DNA of 64,000 bases, from positions 2,432,001 to 2,496,000 of the forward strand of contig CBDBDQ010000005.1 in NCBI GenBank assembly GCA_965203905.1, given 5' to 3'. Source of the DNA: Spirochaetia bacterium (lineage in GTDB: Bacteria; Spirochaetota; Spirochaetia; SZUA-6; Bin103). The translations under genes were made by a program, and so were the position numbers. The notes beneath the pieces are model-generated. The model was not told the origin of the DNA. It ran no database searches and was given only the letters and a program-made list of their open reading frames with translations. Numbering within the stretch: the first letter of the stretch is position 1; every line of letters begins with the position of its first letter. This document shows, piece after piece, positions 10,029-25,421 of the stretch.

Positions 10029-11116
10029 CGAGATTGCATGAGCTGGCCGACCTCGGCCAGGCGGTCTGGTTCGATTTCATTCGGCGTTCGTTCACCGAGT
10101 CCGGCAAGCTCGGGGACCTGATCGACCGGGGCGTGCGCGGGGTCACTTCGAACCCCACCATCTTCGAGAAGGCGATCGCCGGCAGCGCCGACTACGACGC
10201 GGACCTGCGGCGGCTGATCGACGTCGGCCGGTCGCTGGACGAGATCTACGAGACCCTGGTGGTCGAGGACATCCGCGCGGCCGCCGCCCTGTTGCGCCCG
10301 CTGTACGACGCCACCGGCGGCGGCGACGGCTACGTGAGCCTGGAGGTCAACCCCAATCTGGCCCACGACACCGACGCGACCATCGAAGAGGCGCGCCGTC
10401 TGTTCGCCCTCGTGGCGCAGCCCAACGTGATGATCAAGGTGCCCGCCACTCCGGCCGGCGTGCCCGCGATCAAGGCGCTGATCGGCGAGGGGATCAACGT
10501 CAACGTCACCCTGATCTTCTCGCTGGCCCAGTACGAGGCGGTAGCGGAAGCCTACGTCGCCGGGTTGGAGCGCCTCACGGTCGCCGGCGGCGGTCTCGAC
10601 ACGGTGGCGTCGGTGGCATCCTTCTTCGTGAGCCGGGTCGATACTGCCGTGGACGCCGCCCTGGCGGAGGCCGGCAGCCAGGAGTTGCAGGGCAGGATCG
10701 CGATCGACAACGCCAAGGTGGCCTACGCCCGCTTCCGCGAGCTGTTCAGCGGCTCCCGCTGGCAGGCCCTGGCCGCGCGCGGAGCGCACCCGCAGCGTCC
10801 GCTGTGGGCCAGCACCGGTACCAAGAACCCGGCGTACTCCGACACCCTGTACGTCGACAGCCTGATCGGCCCGGACACCGTCAACACCGTGCCGCCCGAT
10901 ACCCTGCAGGCGTTCCTCGATCATGGCCAGGTTGCCGCCACCATCGATACCGACCTCGACGGGGCGCGCGCCCGCCTGCAGCGCCTGGCGGCGCTGGGCA
11001 TCGACCTGGACGCGATAGCCGGGGAGCTGCAGGATGCCGGGGTCGCCTCCTTCACCGAGTCGTTCACCAGCCTGATGGCCGGCATCGGCGCCAAGCGCGA
11101 GCAACTGCTGGTATGA
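10025..11116 (+). CDS. tal: Transaldolase
   Basis: GVTSNPTIFEKA, GYVSLEV, NVMIKVPAT, NVTLIFS, SFFVSRVD, LWASTGTKNP. Confidence 0.95.
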   Translation: MTRLHELADLGQAVWFDFIRRSFTESGKLGDLIDRGVRGVTSNPTIFEKAIAGSADYDADLRRLIDVGRSLDEIYETLVVEDIRAAAALLRPLYDATGGGDGYVSLEVNPNLAHDTDATIEEARRLFALVAQPNVMIKVPATPAGVPAIKALIGEGINVNVTLIFSLAQYEAVAEAYVAGLERLTVAGGGLDTVASVASFFVSRVDTAVDAALAEAGSQELQGRIAIDNAKVAYARFRELFSGSRWQALAARGAHPQRPLWASTGTKNPAYSDTLYVDSLIGPDTVNTVPPDTLQAFLDHGQVAATIDTDLDGARARLQRLAALGIDLDAIAGELQDAGVASFTESFTSLMAGIGAKREQLLV

Positions 11117-11138
11117 ACGGAGCGACCGACCTCGAGCC

Positions 11139-13178
11139 GTGACGGAGGCTCGCGCGATCGCTCTGGGGCGGGCCGACTGCGGCTGCTTCGAGCGCGCAAT
11201 CCGCCGCGAATGGCTGGTGACCAACGGCCTCGGCGGCTACGCGGCGGGCACCGTGGGCGGGATCAACACGCGCCGCTATCATGGTCTGCTGGTCACGGCG
11301 CGGCAGCCGCCGCGGCAGCGCATGCTGGTGCTCGCCAAGGTCGACACCTGGGCCGCCTGCGGAGCGGAGCGCTATCCGCTGTTCGCCAATGAGTTCGGTG
11401 ACGGCACGATCGACCCGCACGGCTACCGCTACCTGGAGTCGTTTCGCCTCGAAGATCTGATCCCGGTCTGGGAGTACGCGCTGGCCGACGCCCGTCTGGA
11501 GCAGCGCATCTGGATGGTGCACGGGCACGATACCGTGCACGTGAGCTATACCCTGGTGCGCGCCACCCGCCCGCTGGCGCTGACCGCAACCCCGCTGGTC
11601 GCCGGTCGCGACTTTCACGCCCACGTGCGAGGCGGCCGCGAGATGGCGAGCGGCGCGATCGCCGGGGGCGTGTCCGTGGACACCGGCACCGACACCGGTC
11701 CCTGCCGGATCGTCGTCGATCACGGCCGGTTCCATCAGCGTCCGGAGTGGTACTGGAACTTCAAGCATCGCGTGGAAGAGCGGCGGGGACTGGACAGCAG
11801 CGAGGATCTGTTCGCGCCGGGGTACTTCGTCTGCGAGCTGGAACCCGGTGCCACCGTCACGCTGACGTGCTCGCTGGAGGAATCTGCGGCCACCGGCGGC
11901 GCGTTCTCGCTGGCCACCGAACGCCGCCGGCAGGCGCACCTGGTGCCGGCGTGGGCGGCGGCAGCACCCGGCTGGGTGCAGCGCCTGACGCTGGCGGCCG
12001 ACCAGTTCGTGGTGGGCAGCGTGCGCGCCGGCGACGCCGCTCCCACGCCCGGTCCGGCGGCGCCGGGGAGCACCGTCATCGCCGGCTATCCCTGGTTCGG
12101 CGACTGGGGCCGCGACACCATGATCGCCCTGCCGGGGCTGACCCTGACCACCGGCCGGCACGCGCTTGCCGCCGCCATCCTGCGCACCTTCCGGCGTACG
12201 ATCGACCGCGGCATGCTCCCCAACCGGTTGCCGGAGCGGGAGCACGAGGTGCTGGAGTACAACACCGTGGATGCCGCGCTGTGGTACGTGCACGCGATCC
12301 ATCAGTACCTGCGCCACAGCGGCGACCTGGCCCTGGTCGAGGAGCTGTTTCCCGCGCTGGTCGAGGTGGTCGAGTGGCACCGGCGCGGTACCCGCCACGG
12401 CATTCGCGTCGACGCGCAGGACGGCCTGCTGTGCGCCGGCGAGCCGGGGGTACAGCTCACCTGGATGGACGCCATGATCGGCGACTGGGTGGTGACCCCG
12501 CGCATTGGCAAACCGGTCGAGGTCAACGCCCTCTGGCACAACGCGCTGCGCGTGATGGCCGAGCTGGCGGCGCGCCTGGGCGATGCCGTAGCGGGCGCCG
12601 GCTACCGCGCCGCTGCCGACCGCACCGCCGCCAGCTTCCGCCGGCGCTTCTGGTACCCCGCCGGCGGCTATCTCTACGACGTGATCGACGGTCCCGAGGG
12701 TGAGCCGGAGGCGGACGGCACGCGCTGCGATCGGCGGCTCCGGCCCAACCAGCTGTTCGCGGTATCGTTGCCCTTCCCCCTCCTGAACGAGGGCCAGGCG
12801 CAGGCGGTGGTCGACGTCTGCGCGCGCCGGCTGTGGACCTCGTACGGCATGCGCAGCCTGGCCGACTCCGATCCGGACTACGTCGGCCGCTACCGCGGCG
12901 GGCCGCTGGAGCGCGATGCCGCCTATCATCGGGGAACCGTGTGGGGATGGCTGCTGGGGGCCTTCGCCTGCGCCCACTACCGCGTGTACCGGGATCCGGC
13001 GGCGCGGGACTTGCTCGCTCCCATGGGACAGCATCTGGCCGACGCCGGGGTCGGCTCCATCAGCGAGATTTTCGACGCCGACCCACCGCATACTCCGCGC
13101 GGCTGCTTCGCGCAGGCCTGGAGCGTGGCGGAGGTGTTGCGCGCCTGGAAAGAAGTGGGAGACGAGGGAGAGACTTAG
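11139..13178 (+). CDS. Glycogen debranching enzyme (amylo-alpha-1,6-glucosidase, archaeal-type GDE)
   Basis: EWLVTNGLGGYA, RRYHGLL, IAGYPWFGDWGRDTMI, QLTWMDA, RPNQLFA, QAWSVAE. Confidence 0.92.
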   Translation: MTEARAIALGRADCGCFERAIRREWLVTNGLGGYAAGTVGGINTRRYHGLLVTARQPPRQRMLVLAKVDTWAACGAERYPLFANEFGDGTIDPHGYRYLESFRLEDLIPVWEYALADARLEQRIWMVHGHDTVHVSYTLVRATRPLALTATPLVAGRDFHAHVRGGREMASGAIAGGVSVDTGTDTGPCRIVVDHGRFHQRPEWYWNFKHRVEERRGLDSSEDLFAPGYFVCELEPGATVTLTCSLEESAATGGAFSLATERRRQAHLVPAWAAAAPGWVQRLTLAADQFVVGSVRAGDAAPTPGPAAPGSTVIAGYPWFGDWGRDTMIALPGLTLTTGRHALAAAILRTFRRTIDRGMLPNRLPEREHEVLEYNTVDAALWYVHAIHQYLRHSGDLALVEELFPALVEVVEWHRRGTRHGIRVDAQDGLLCAGEPGVQLTWMDAMIGDWVVTPRIGKPVEVNALWHNALRVMAELAARLGDAVAGAGYRAAADRTAASFRRRFWYPAGGYLYDVIDGPEGEPEADGTRCDRRLRPNQLFAVSLPFPLLNEGQAQAVVDVCARRLWTSYGMRSLADSDPDYVGRYRGGPLERDAAYHRGTVWGWLLGAFACAHYRVYRDPAARDLLAPMGQHLADAGVGSISEIFDADPPHTPRGCFAQAWSVAEVLRAWKEVGDEGET

Positions 13179-13181
13179 CCC

Positions 13182-15878
<2,697 letters not shown>

Positions 15879-15925
15879 TTGGCAGCGCGCCGCGCACGGC
15901 GACTGTCATGTGCGCGGCGCTGCGA

Positions 15926-18067
<2,142 letters not shown>

Positions 18068-18227
18068 TTATGGCAAGCTGCCGGGTATGGCGCGACGTTC
18101 CGTTACCGGGCGCGCGCTCGTCACATTGTAGCCCCAATCGTCAACGCTCCGTCAATGCTCGGAGTGCCTTCTTGTCTACCCGATAGACCGCACGGCGGCT
18201 ACCCGGTAGATTAGGCGCGGCAAGATC

Positions 18228-20126
18228 ATGGGACAGGCATATACACGACTTACCGAACCGCTGGTGCGTACCGGCGGCGAGCTGCGGCCGGCGACCTGGG
18301 AGCAGGCGCTGGAGCGGGCGGCGCAGGGGGTGCGCGCCGCCATCGAGCGCGGTCCTACGCGCTCCTTCGGGCTGTTCAGCTGCTCCAAGGCCACCAACGA
18401 GATGAACTTCCTGGCCCAGAAGTTCGCCCGCTCGGTGGTCGGCAGCAACAACATCGACAGCTGCAACCGCACCTGACACGCGCCGAGCGTCGTCGGTCTG
18501 GCGGCGGTATTCGGCGCGGGGGGCGGCACCAGCTCATACCAGGAGATCGAGGACACCGACCTCATCGTGCTGTGGGGTTCCAACGCCCGCGAAACCCATC
18601 CCATCTACTTCCACCACGTGTTGAAGGGGATCCGGCGCGGGGCGCGCATGGTCGCAGTCGATCCGCGCCGCACCAGCTCCGCGCAATGGGCGGACCTGTG
18701 GCTGGGCCTGGACGTCGGAACCGACGTGGCGCTGGCCAACACGGTCGGCCGCGAGATCATCGCCGCCGGCCTGGAGAACCGCACCTTCATCGATCACGCC
18801 ACCGTGGGCTTCGAGGAGTACCGGCGCTCGGTGGAGCCGTTCACCCTGGAACGCGGCGAGGAGCTCACCGGGGTGCCGCGCGCCGCCATCCGCGAACTGG
18901 CGCACAGCTATGCCACCGCCGACCGTGCCCAGATCTGCTGGACCCTGGGAATCACCGAACATCACAACGCGGTCGACAACGTGCTGGCCCTGATCAACCT
19001 CGGGCTCCTGACCGGCCACGTCGGGCGCTACGGCTCGGGGCTCAATCCCCTGCGCGGGCAGAACAACGTCCAGGGCGGCGGCGACATGGGGGCGATACCG
19101 AACAAGCTGCCCGGGTTTCAGGACCTGGAGGACGCGGCGCTGCGCGGCAGGTTCGAGGCTGCCTGGGGCTGCCCGCTGCCGGATCGCATCGGCTGGCACC
19201 TGTCACTGATGTTCGAGGCGATGGAGCACGGCGACCTCAAGACCTTGTACGTGATCGGCGAGAACCCGGCGCAGTCGGAGGCCGACGCGACGCGGGCGCG
19301 GGCGCTGCTCGGCGGTCTGGACCACCTGATCGTGCAGGACATCCTGTTCACCCGCACCGCGCAGATGGCCGACGTGGTGCTGCCGGCTGCGGCCACCTGG
19401 GCGGAGGCGGACGGCACGGTGACCAGCAGCGAGCGGCGCGTGCAGCGGGTGCGCAAGGCACTGGAGCCGCCGGGCCAGGCCCGCGACGACATGGCGATTC
19501 TGTGCGACCTGGCGCGCCGCCTCGGCCACGACTGGGGAACGCCCACCGCGGAGCAGGTATGGGATGAGTTGCGCTCGCTGTCGCCGATGCACGCCGGCAT
19601 GAGCTACTCCCGGCTGGCGGAACTGGGCGGCATCCAATGGCCGTGCGCGGACGAGCAGGACCCCGGCAGCCAGTTTCTGCACGGCCGCCTGTGGCGCACC
19701 CCGCTGGAGGGAGCGCCGGCGCCGTTCCACCCGGTGCAGCACCAGCCGCCGGTGGACAAGCTGGACGACCAGTTCCCGTTGCGCCTGACCACCGGACGCA
19801 CGCTCGATTCCTACAACACGGGGGTACAGAGCGAAGGCTTCCGCTCGCCGATCCGGCGCGGCGACTCGCTCGACATCTGTCCGCAGGACGGCGACCGCCT
19901 GGGAGTGGCCGACGGCGAGCGGGTGCAGGTGAGCTCGCGTCGCGGCAGTCTCGAAGTCACCGCCCGCTACGCCGACGGGTTGCGCCCGGGACTGGTGTTC
20001 ATGACCCTGCACTTCCCCGACCAGGTGGATACCAACCTGCTCACCATCGATGCCTGGGACCGCAAGTCGGGCACCGCCGAGTTCAAGGCCACCGCGGTGC
20101 GCATCGACAAGCTGGCGGCGCGCTGA
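18228..20126 (+). CDS. Selenocysteine-containing formate dehydrogenase catalytic (Mo/W-bis-MGD) subunit, read through UGA at 18474-18476
   Basis: ORFs 18228..18476 and 18567..20126 share one frame: SNNIDSCNRT-U-HAPSVVGL..GGGTSS, LRGQNNVQGGGDMG, LPAATWAEADGT..SERRVQ, LTTGR, AEFKATAV; SECIS-like hairpin directly after UGA. Confidence 0.92.
18477..18518 (+). promoter_or_regulatory. Bacterial SECIS element
   Basis: CGCGCCGA (18479-86) pairs with TCGGCGCG (18511-18); upper stem CGTCGTC/GGCGGCG closes a GGTCT loop; GGUCUG also occurs at this position in the E. coli fdhF SECIS. Confidence 0.85.
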
Positions 20127-22045
20127 TGGACCTGCACCTCGTCGCAACCGAGCCCACCGCCGCCGAACGGTCGGCGGTCGACGCCGTGCTCGACGGGGTG
20201 GTGCCGCCGGCCGCCGGCTCCGAGCTGCAGGACGCGGCGCGAGGCGGCCGCGTCGAGCTCGGCGGCGCCCGCGCCCGGCGCGGTGTCCGCCACCAGTTGC
20301 TGCCGGCGCTGCACGGGGTGCAGGACGCGATCGGCTGGATCAGCCCCGCGGCGCTCGGCTACATCTGCCGCCGTCTGGACGTGCCGCCGGCCGAGGCCTA
20401 CGGCGTGGCCACCTTCTACGCCCTGCTGGCCACCGAGCAGCGGCCGCCGCGGGTGGCCCACGTGTGCGACGACATCGTGTGCCGCAATGCCGGCGCCGCC
20501 GAGATCTGCCGGCGCCTGGAACAGCGGCTCGGGCCCGCCCACGAGGCGGCCGGCGCTTCCCACCCGCCGCCAGCCGCCGCCGGGGGAGCGCGCGCCACCT
20601 GGATGACCAGTCCCTGCCTGGGGCTCTGTGAGCACGCGCCGGCGGTGCTGCTGCAACTGGCGGGCGACCGCGACGCCGCATTCGCCCCGGCCGGCGTGGA
20701 CGAGGTGTGCGCAGCGCTGGCCGCGGGTGCCGGCGGCGCAGCCGGCCCGGTGCCCGGGGCCGAGGCGGTTCCCGCCCCGCCCCCGGCCGCGCTCCGTTCC
20801 TCGGCCCCGCAGGCCGACCGCACCGCAACGGCGGCGGAGCTGACCCTGCTGCGCCGGGTCGGCACGGTGACCCCGGAGAGCCTCGACGACTACCGTCGTC
20901 ACGGGGGCTACGCCGCCCTGCGCCGCGCCTTCGAGCTGGGCCCCGAGGGCGTGCTGCGCGAGCTGCACGACTCCAGGCTGGTGGGGCGCGGGGGTGCGGC
21001 GTTCCCTACCGCGACCAAGTGGCAGGCGGTGGCCCATGCCGCCGCGCGCCCCCACTACGTGGTGTGCAACGCCGACGAGTCGGAGCCGGGCACCTTCAAG
21101 GACCGGGTGATCATGGAGCAGGACCCGTACGCGGTGCTGGAGGCGCTGACCATAGCGGGGTTCGCGACCGGGGCCACGCAGGGCTACCTGTACGTGCGTG
21201 GCGAATATCCCGTGGCCACCGAGCGCCTGCAGGTCGCCCTGGACCGGGCGCGCGCCCGCGGCCTGCTGGGCGGCGACATCCTGGGCACCGGGATGGCCTT
21301 CGACATTGACCTGCGGCGCGGCGCCGGGGCCTACATCTGTGGCGAGGAGACCGCGCTGTTCAACTCGCTGGAGGGGTTTCGCGGCGAGCCGCGCAGCAAG
21401 CCGCCCTATCCTACCGAGGCCGGACTGTTCGGCAAGCCCACGGTGATCAATAACGTGGAGACCCTGGTCAACCTGCTGCCGATTCTCCTGGCCGGCGGCC
21501 GTGCCTACGCGGCGCAGGGTACCGCGCAGTCCACCGGCACCAAGCTGTTCTGCCTGTCCGGTGCGGTGGCGGTTCCCGGCGTCTACGAGGTGGAGTTTGG
21601 GGTTACCCTGCGGCAGCTCCTGGAGCTGGCGGGGGGCACCCTCGGCGGCACCCCGCGGGCCGTCCTGCTGGGCGGCGCGGCCGGCAGCTTCGTGGGCCCG
21701 GAGCACCTCGATGTTCCGCTCACCTTCGAAGACACCCGCAGGATCGGCTCCACCCTGGGCTCGGGAGTGGTGATGCCGTTTGCGCAGAACACCGATTTCC
21801 CCGACATCCTGCGTCGTATCGCGCGTTTCTTCCGCGACGAATCGTGCGGCCAGTGCGTGCCGTGCCGGGTCGGCACGGTGCGCCAGGAAGAGTCGCTGGC
21901 GCGCCTGTGCGGCAACGGCGCCGGTGCCGAGCGGGCGCTGCTCGGAGATCTGGCGCAGGTGATGGGCGACGCCTCGATCTGCGCGTTGGGCCATACCGCG
22001 GCGGCGGCGCTGCAGTCGGCCCTGGCCCTGGGACTATTGGAATAG
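20126..22045 (+). CDS. NuoE-NuoF (FdsG-FdsB-like) fused diaphorase subunit of NAD-linked FDH
   Basis: VATFY, CDDIVC..CLGLC (2Fe-2S); GRGGAAFP, CNADESEPGTFKDR, GAYICGEETAL, ESCGQCVPCRVG..SICALG; ATG overlaps the upstream stop. Confidence 0.93.
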   Translation: MDLHLVATEPTAAERSAVDAVLDGVVPPAAGSELQDAARGGRVELGGARARRGVRHQLLPALHGVQDAIGWISPAALGYICRRLDVPPAEAYGVATFYALLATEQRPPRVAHVCDDIVCRNAGAAEICRRLEQRLGPAHEAAGASHPPPAAAGGARATWMTSPCLGLCEHAPAVLLQLAGDRDAAFAPAGVDEVCAALAAGAGGAAGPVPGAEAVPAPPPAALRSSAPQADRTATAAELTLLRRVGTVTPESLDDYRRHGGYAALRRAFELGPEGVLRELHDSRLVGRGGAAFPTATKWQAVAHAAARPHYVVCNADESEPGTFKDRVIMEQDPYAVLEALTIAGFATGATQGYLYVRGEYPVATERLQVALDRARARGLLGGDILGTGMAFDIDLRRGAGAYICGEETALFNSLEGFRGEPRSKPPYPTEAGLFGKPTVINNVETLVNLLPILLAGGRAYAAQGTAQSTGTKLFCLSGAVAVPGVYEVEFGVTLRQLLELAGGTLGGTPRAVLLGGAAGSFVGPEHLDVPLTFEDTRRIGSTLGSGVVMPFAQNTDFPDILRRIARFFRDESCGQCVPCRVGTVRQEESLARLCGNGAGAERALLGDLAQVMGDASICALGHTAAAALQSALALGLLE

Positions 22046-22065
22046 GGATTGGAAGCGAGGTGGAA

Positions 22066-23016
22066 ATGGAGCAGGCGATGGTGACGGATCCGGTGCGCAC
22101 GGTGGAGCTGACGGTCGATGGCAGCGCGGTGCAGGTCAGTGAGGGAGCGACGATTCTCGACGCCTGCCGGGTGGCCGGCATCGCCACGCCGACCCTCTGC
22201 TTCGCCGACAACCTGACGCCCGTAAACGCGTGCCGGGTCTGCGTGGTGGAGCTGGAGGGCTCGCGCACCCTGGTGCCGGCCTGCGCCCGCGCCGCCAGCG
22301 ACGGCATGCAGGTGCAGACCGACTCGGAACGGGTGCGCCACAGCCGGCGCCTGGTGCTGGAGCTGCTGGCATCGTCGGTGGACCTGACCCGCGCCGACGC
22401 CGCCGTGCGCCACTGGCAGGACCGCTACGGCGTCGAGCCGCAACGGTTCGGGCCTCCGGCGCCGGACGCACCCGCAGGCGCGCGGGAGCAGCTGCACCCC
22501 GGTCACCATGCCGCTCCCGACGGCGCTACGGCGGCCACCGTGGGGCAGCCGGTCAAGATCCAGGACGACCTCTACGTGCGCGACTACAAGCGCTGCATCC
22601 TCTGCTACAAGTGCGTGGAAGCGTGCGGCGAGGATGCCCAGAACACGTTCGCCATTGCGGTCGCCGGGCGTGGCTTCGACGCCCGCATCGCCACCGAGTT
22701 CGAGCAGCCGCTGCCGGAGTCGGCCTGCGTCTACTGCGGCAACTGCATCGGCGTATGTCCCACCGGCGCGCTGATGTTCAAGAGCGAGTACGAGCACCGC
22801 GAGCAGGGCACCTGGGACGAGTCACGACAGAGCGTGACGCGCACGGTGTGTCCCTACTGCGGCGTCGGCTGCAACCTGGAACTGCACGTTCAGGATCAGG
22901 AGATCGTGAAGGTGACCTCGCCCGCCGACCATTCGGTCACCAGCGGTCACCTCTGCATCAAGGGGCGCTTCGGCTTCCAGTTCGTGCAGAACCGGCCGCC
23001 GCCACCGAGCGGTTAG
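22066..23016 (+). CDS. FDH iron-sulfur subunit (FdsA/NuoG N-terminal part) ending in the Mo-bis-MGD 4Fe-4S domain
   Basis: PTLC..NACRVCVVE..PAC; CILCYKCVEAC; CVYCGNCIGVCPTGAL; C-terminal TVCPYCGVGC..HLCIKGRFG. Confidence 0.92.
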   Translation: MEQAMVTDPVRTVELTVDGSAVQVSEGATILDACRVAGIATPTLCFADNLTPVNACRVCVVELEGSRTLVPACARAASDGMQVQTDSERVRHSRRLVLELLASSVDLTRADAAVRHWQDRYGVEPQRFGPPAPDAPAGAREQLHPGHHAAPDGATAATVGQPVKIQDDLYVRDYKRCILCYKCVEACGEDAQNTFAIAVAGRGFDARIATEFEQPLPESACVYCGNCIGVCPTGALMFKSEYEHREQGTWDESRQSVTRTVCPYCGVGCNLELHVQDQEIVKVTSPADHSVTSGHLCIKGRFGFQFVQNRPPPPSG

Positions 23017-23996
23017 CCGGCCACCGAGGCGGAAGCGGACGGCACCGCCTGCAGCTCGCCGGTTGGGGCGCCGCCGGCGTCCAAGATACCGGTCACGCGC
23101 TGCGCGCCGGCATAGATGTTGAAGCGGCCATCGCGCAAAAACCCCACCAGGGTGATGCCCAGTTCCGCGGCCAGGTCGCAGGCCAGGCTGGAGGGTGCCC
23201 CCACGGCGGCCAGGAAGCGGACCCCGGCGCAGGCGGCCTTCTGCACCAACTCGAAGCCGGTGCGGCCGCTGAACAGGATTACCGCGTCCTGCAGCGGCAG
23301 CCGTGCCTCCAGCACGGCACGGCCGATCAGCTTGTCCAGGGCGTTGTGGCGCCCGACGTCCTCGCGCAGCAGGCACAGCGTGCCGGCGGCATCGAACTGC
23401 GCGGCGGCGTGCAGCCCGCCGGTCTGGGCAAAGGTGCGCTGGTGCCGCCGCAGCTCGGCTGGCAGCCGGTGCAGGATCGGCGCCGCCACGGCGGGAGTGG
23501 CGGCACGCTCCGCGGTCTGCGCGACGGGTGCGGGGAGGGTCGCCAGGACATCGTCGATGGAGGCCTTGCCGCAGACGCCGCAGCTCGAGTTTGCCACCAG
23601 GCGGTTGTCCCGTGCGTCCACACCGCGTTCCGCGCCACCGCCGTGCCCGGCGCTAGCGTCCGACCCACCGGCCAGCGTAGCGCGTACCACGTTCCCTTCA
23701 CGCCCGCAGTGGCGCACGCCGACCAGCTCCTCGGGACGGCGATAGAATCCTTCGTTGAACAGGAACCCCGCCGTCAGCTCGTAGTCGTGCCCCGGCGTGC
23801 GCATGGTTACCGCCACGCTCCGTTCCTCGTCCGCTGCGGCGCCAGCCTCGCAGACGCGGATTTCCAGCGGCTCCTCCACCGTGAGCAGGTCGCTCCGGGC
23901 GCAGCCGGCGCTGCCGCGCACCCGCACCACGCTCACTTCGCGGGCCCGGTCGCCGGGGTTCGCACCTGCAGCCCCCGGGCCGCCGGCACCAATCAC
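23013..23996 (-). CDS. fdhD: Formate dehydrogenase accessory sulfurtransferase
   Basis: EEPLEIR, TMRTPG, SSCGVCGK, TGGLHAAA, EDVGRHNALDKLIG, APSSLA. Confidence 0.95.
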   Translation of the reverse strand: MIGAGGPGAAGANPGDRAREVSVVRVRGSAGCARSDLLTVEEPLEIRVCEAGAAADEERSVAVTMRTPGHDYELTAGFLFNEGFYRRPEELVGVRHCGREGNVVRATLAGGSDASAGHGGGAERGVDARDNRLVANSSCGVCGKASIDDVLATLPAPVAQTAERAATPAVAAPILHRLPAELRRHQRTFAQTGGLHAAAQFDAAGTLCLLREDVGRHNALDKLIGRAVLEARLPLQDAVILFSGRTGFELVQKAACAGVRFLAAVGAPSSLACDLAAELGITLVGFLRDGRFNIYAGAQRVTGILDAGGAPTGELQAVPSASASVAG

Positions 23997-24188
23997 CCCG
24001 CAACCCCTCGCCGCACGTCCATCCCCCGATCATGGGGCGCCTAGGCCCGAACGTCAACAAGCCCGGAGCCAGCCGAGCCAGCCACACCCGACCGCACCTG
24101 CCACCGGACGGACTGCTGCATTCTGACGCGCGTGCTATCCTCTGTTACCGTTCTCATGATCGGTCGCGAAGCACAGCAGGAGCGTTAG

Positions 24189-25418
24189 ATGAGTCCCACA
24201 GCTTCAATACATCCCGCCCGCATTGAGCGTCTGCGCGTGCGAAACTTTCGCGCCCTGCACGACGTCGAATTCCAGAGCATGCGACCACTTACCGCACTAC
24301 TCGGCCCCAACGGAAGTGGCAAGTCCACGGTATTCGATGTTTTTGCTTTTCTCGCTGACTGCTTCGAATCCGGCCTGAGACGTGCGTGGGACCGGCGCGG
24401 ACGTGCCCGCGAGATCAAGTCACGCGGGTCGGACGGTCCGGTAACGATCGAGATCAAGTACCGCGAACGCCCGGGGCGTCCTTTGATTACCTACCATCTG
24501 GCGGTCGACGAGCAGGATGGCAGACCGAGGGTGAAAGAAGAGTGGTTGAGCTGGCGCCGTGGCCGATGGGGGAAACCATTTCGGTTTCTGGAGTACCGCG
24601 GCGGGATGGGCCGAGCGGTCAGTGGGGACGAGCCCGATGAGCAGGCCGAACGGATGGAGATACCCCTCAATGCGCCCGATCTTCTGGCCGTCAACGCTCT
24701 CGGCCAGTTCGCGGACCATCCACGTATCGCGGCCCTCCGTAGTTTCATTACCGGCTGGTACGTATCGTACCTGTCTGCGGACAGCGCGCGTGGACAACCC
24801 GAAGCGGGGCCGCAGGAACGGCTCAGCCGATCCGGAGACAACTTGGCCAACGTGATCCAGTATCTGGCCGAACAGCATCAGGATCGACTGGAGCAGATTT
24901 TCAGCGTTCTGCGCAACAGGGTGCCGCGTGTCGAGAGAGTGCTGGCCGACACCATGCCGGACGGCCGCCTGCTGCTGCAGATCAAGGACGCTCCGTTCAG
25001 CCATCCGGTGATGGCTCGCTTTGCCTCCGACGGGACGTTGAAGATGCTGGCGTACCTCGTCTTGCTGTACGACCCCGAGCCGCCACCTTTCATTGGAATC
25101 GAGGAGCCAGAGAATTTCCTCCATCCGCGACTGCTGCCGGAACTGGCCGAGGAGTGCCGGGCTGCGGCCGAGCGCACCCAACTGCTCGTCACAACACATT
25201 CGCCGTTTTTTCTCAACGGACTGAGACCTGACGAAGTGCGGATTCTGTGGCGCGACGAACAAGGGTACACGCATGGCGAGCGGGCCGCCGACCGCCGCGG
25301 GGTTTCCGAATTCACCACGGAAGGCGCCTTGCTGGGCGACCTCTGGATGGAGGGCCACCTCGGGGTGGGCGATCCGCTGGTAAACCAGGGAATCCCTTGG
25401 CCCGCCGATAGTCGATGA
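24189..25418 (+). CDS. ABC/AAA_21-type ATPase of a putative defence/TA pair
   Basis: NFRAL, Walker [10 protein letters not shown], signature ASDGTLK, Walker [19 protein letters not shown]. Confidence 0.9.
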   Translation: MSPTASIHPARIERLRVRNFRALHDVEFQSMRPLTALLGPNGSGKSTVFDVFAFLADCFESGLRRAWDRRGRAREIKSRGSDGPVTIEIKYRERPGRPLITYHLAVDEQDGRPRVKEEWLSWRRGRWGKPFRFLEYRGGMGRAVSGDEPDEQAERMEIPLNAPDLLAVNALGQFADHPRIAALRSFITGWYVSYLSADSARGQPEAGPQERLSRSGDNLANVIQYLAEQHQDRLEQIFSVLRNRVPRVERVLADTMPDGRLLLQIKDAPFSHPVMARFASDGTLKMLAYLVLLYDPEPPPFIGIEEPENFLHPRLLPELAEECRAAAERTQLLVTTHSPFFLNGLRPDEVRILWRDEQGYTHGERAADRRGVSEFTTEGALLGDLWMEGHLGVGDPLVNQGIPWPADSR

Positions 25419-25421
25419 CAG

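Noticed and set aside
18474-18476. Nonsense mutation making fdh a pseudogene
   Set aside because: The UGA is at the Cys/Sec ligand position, is followed by a SECIS-like hairpin, and the rest of the operon is intact.
19637-20125. N-terminal extensions of NuoEF (from 19637), UvrD (from 46806), E1 (from 42150) and RpsI (from 51804) in the ORF track
   Set aside because: They overlap upstream genes in another frame; coupled internal starts fit the family N-termini.
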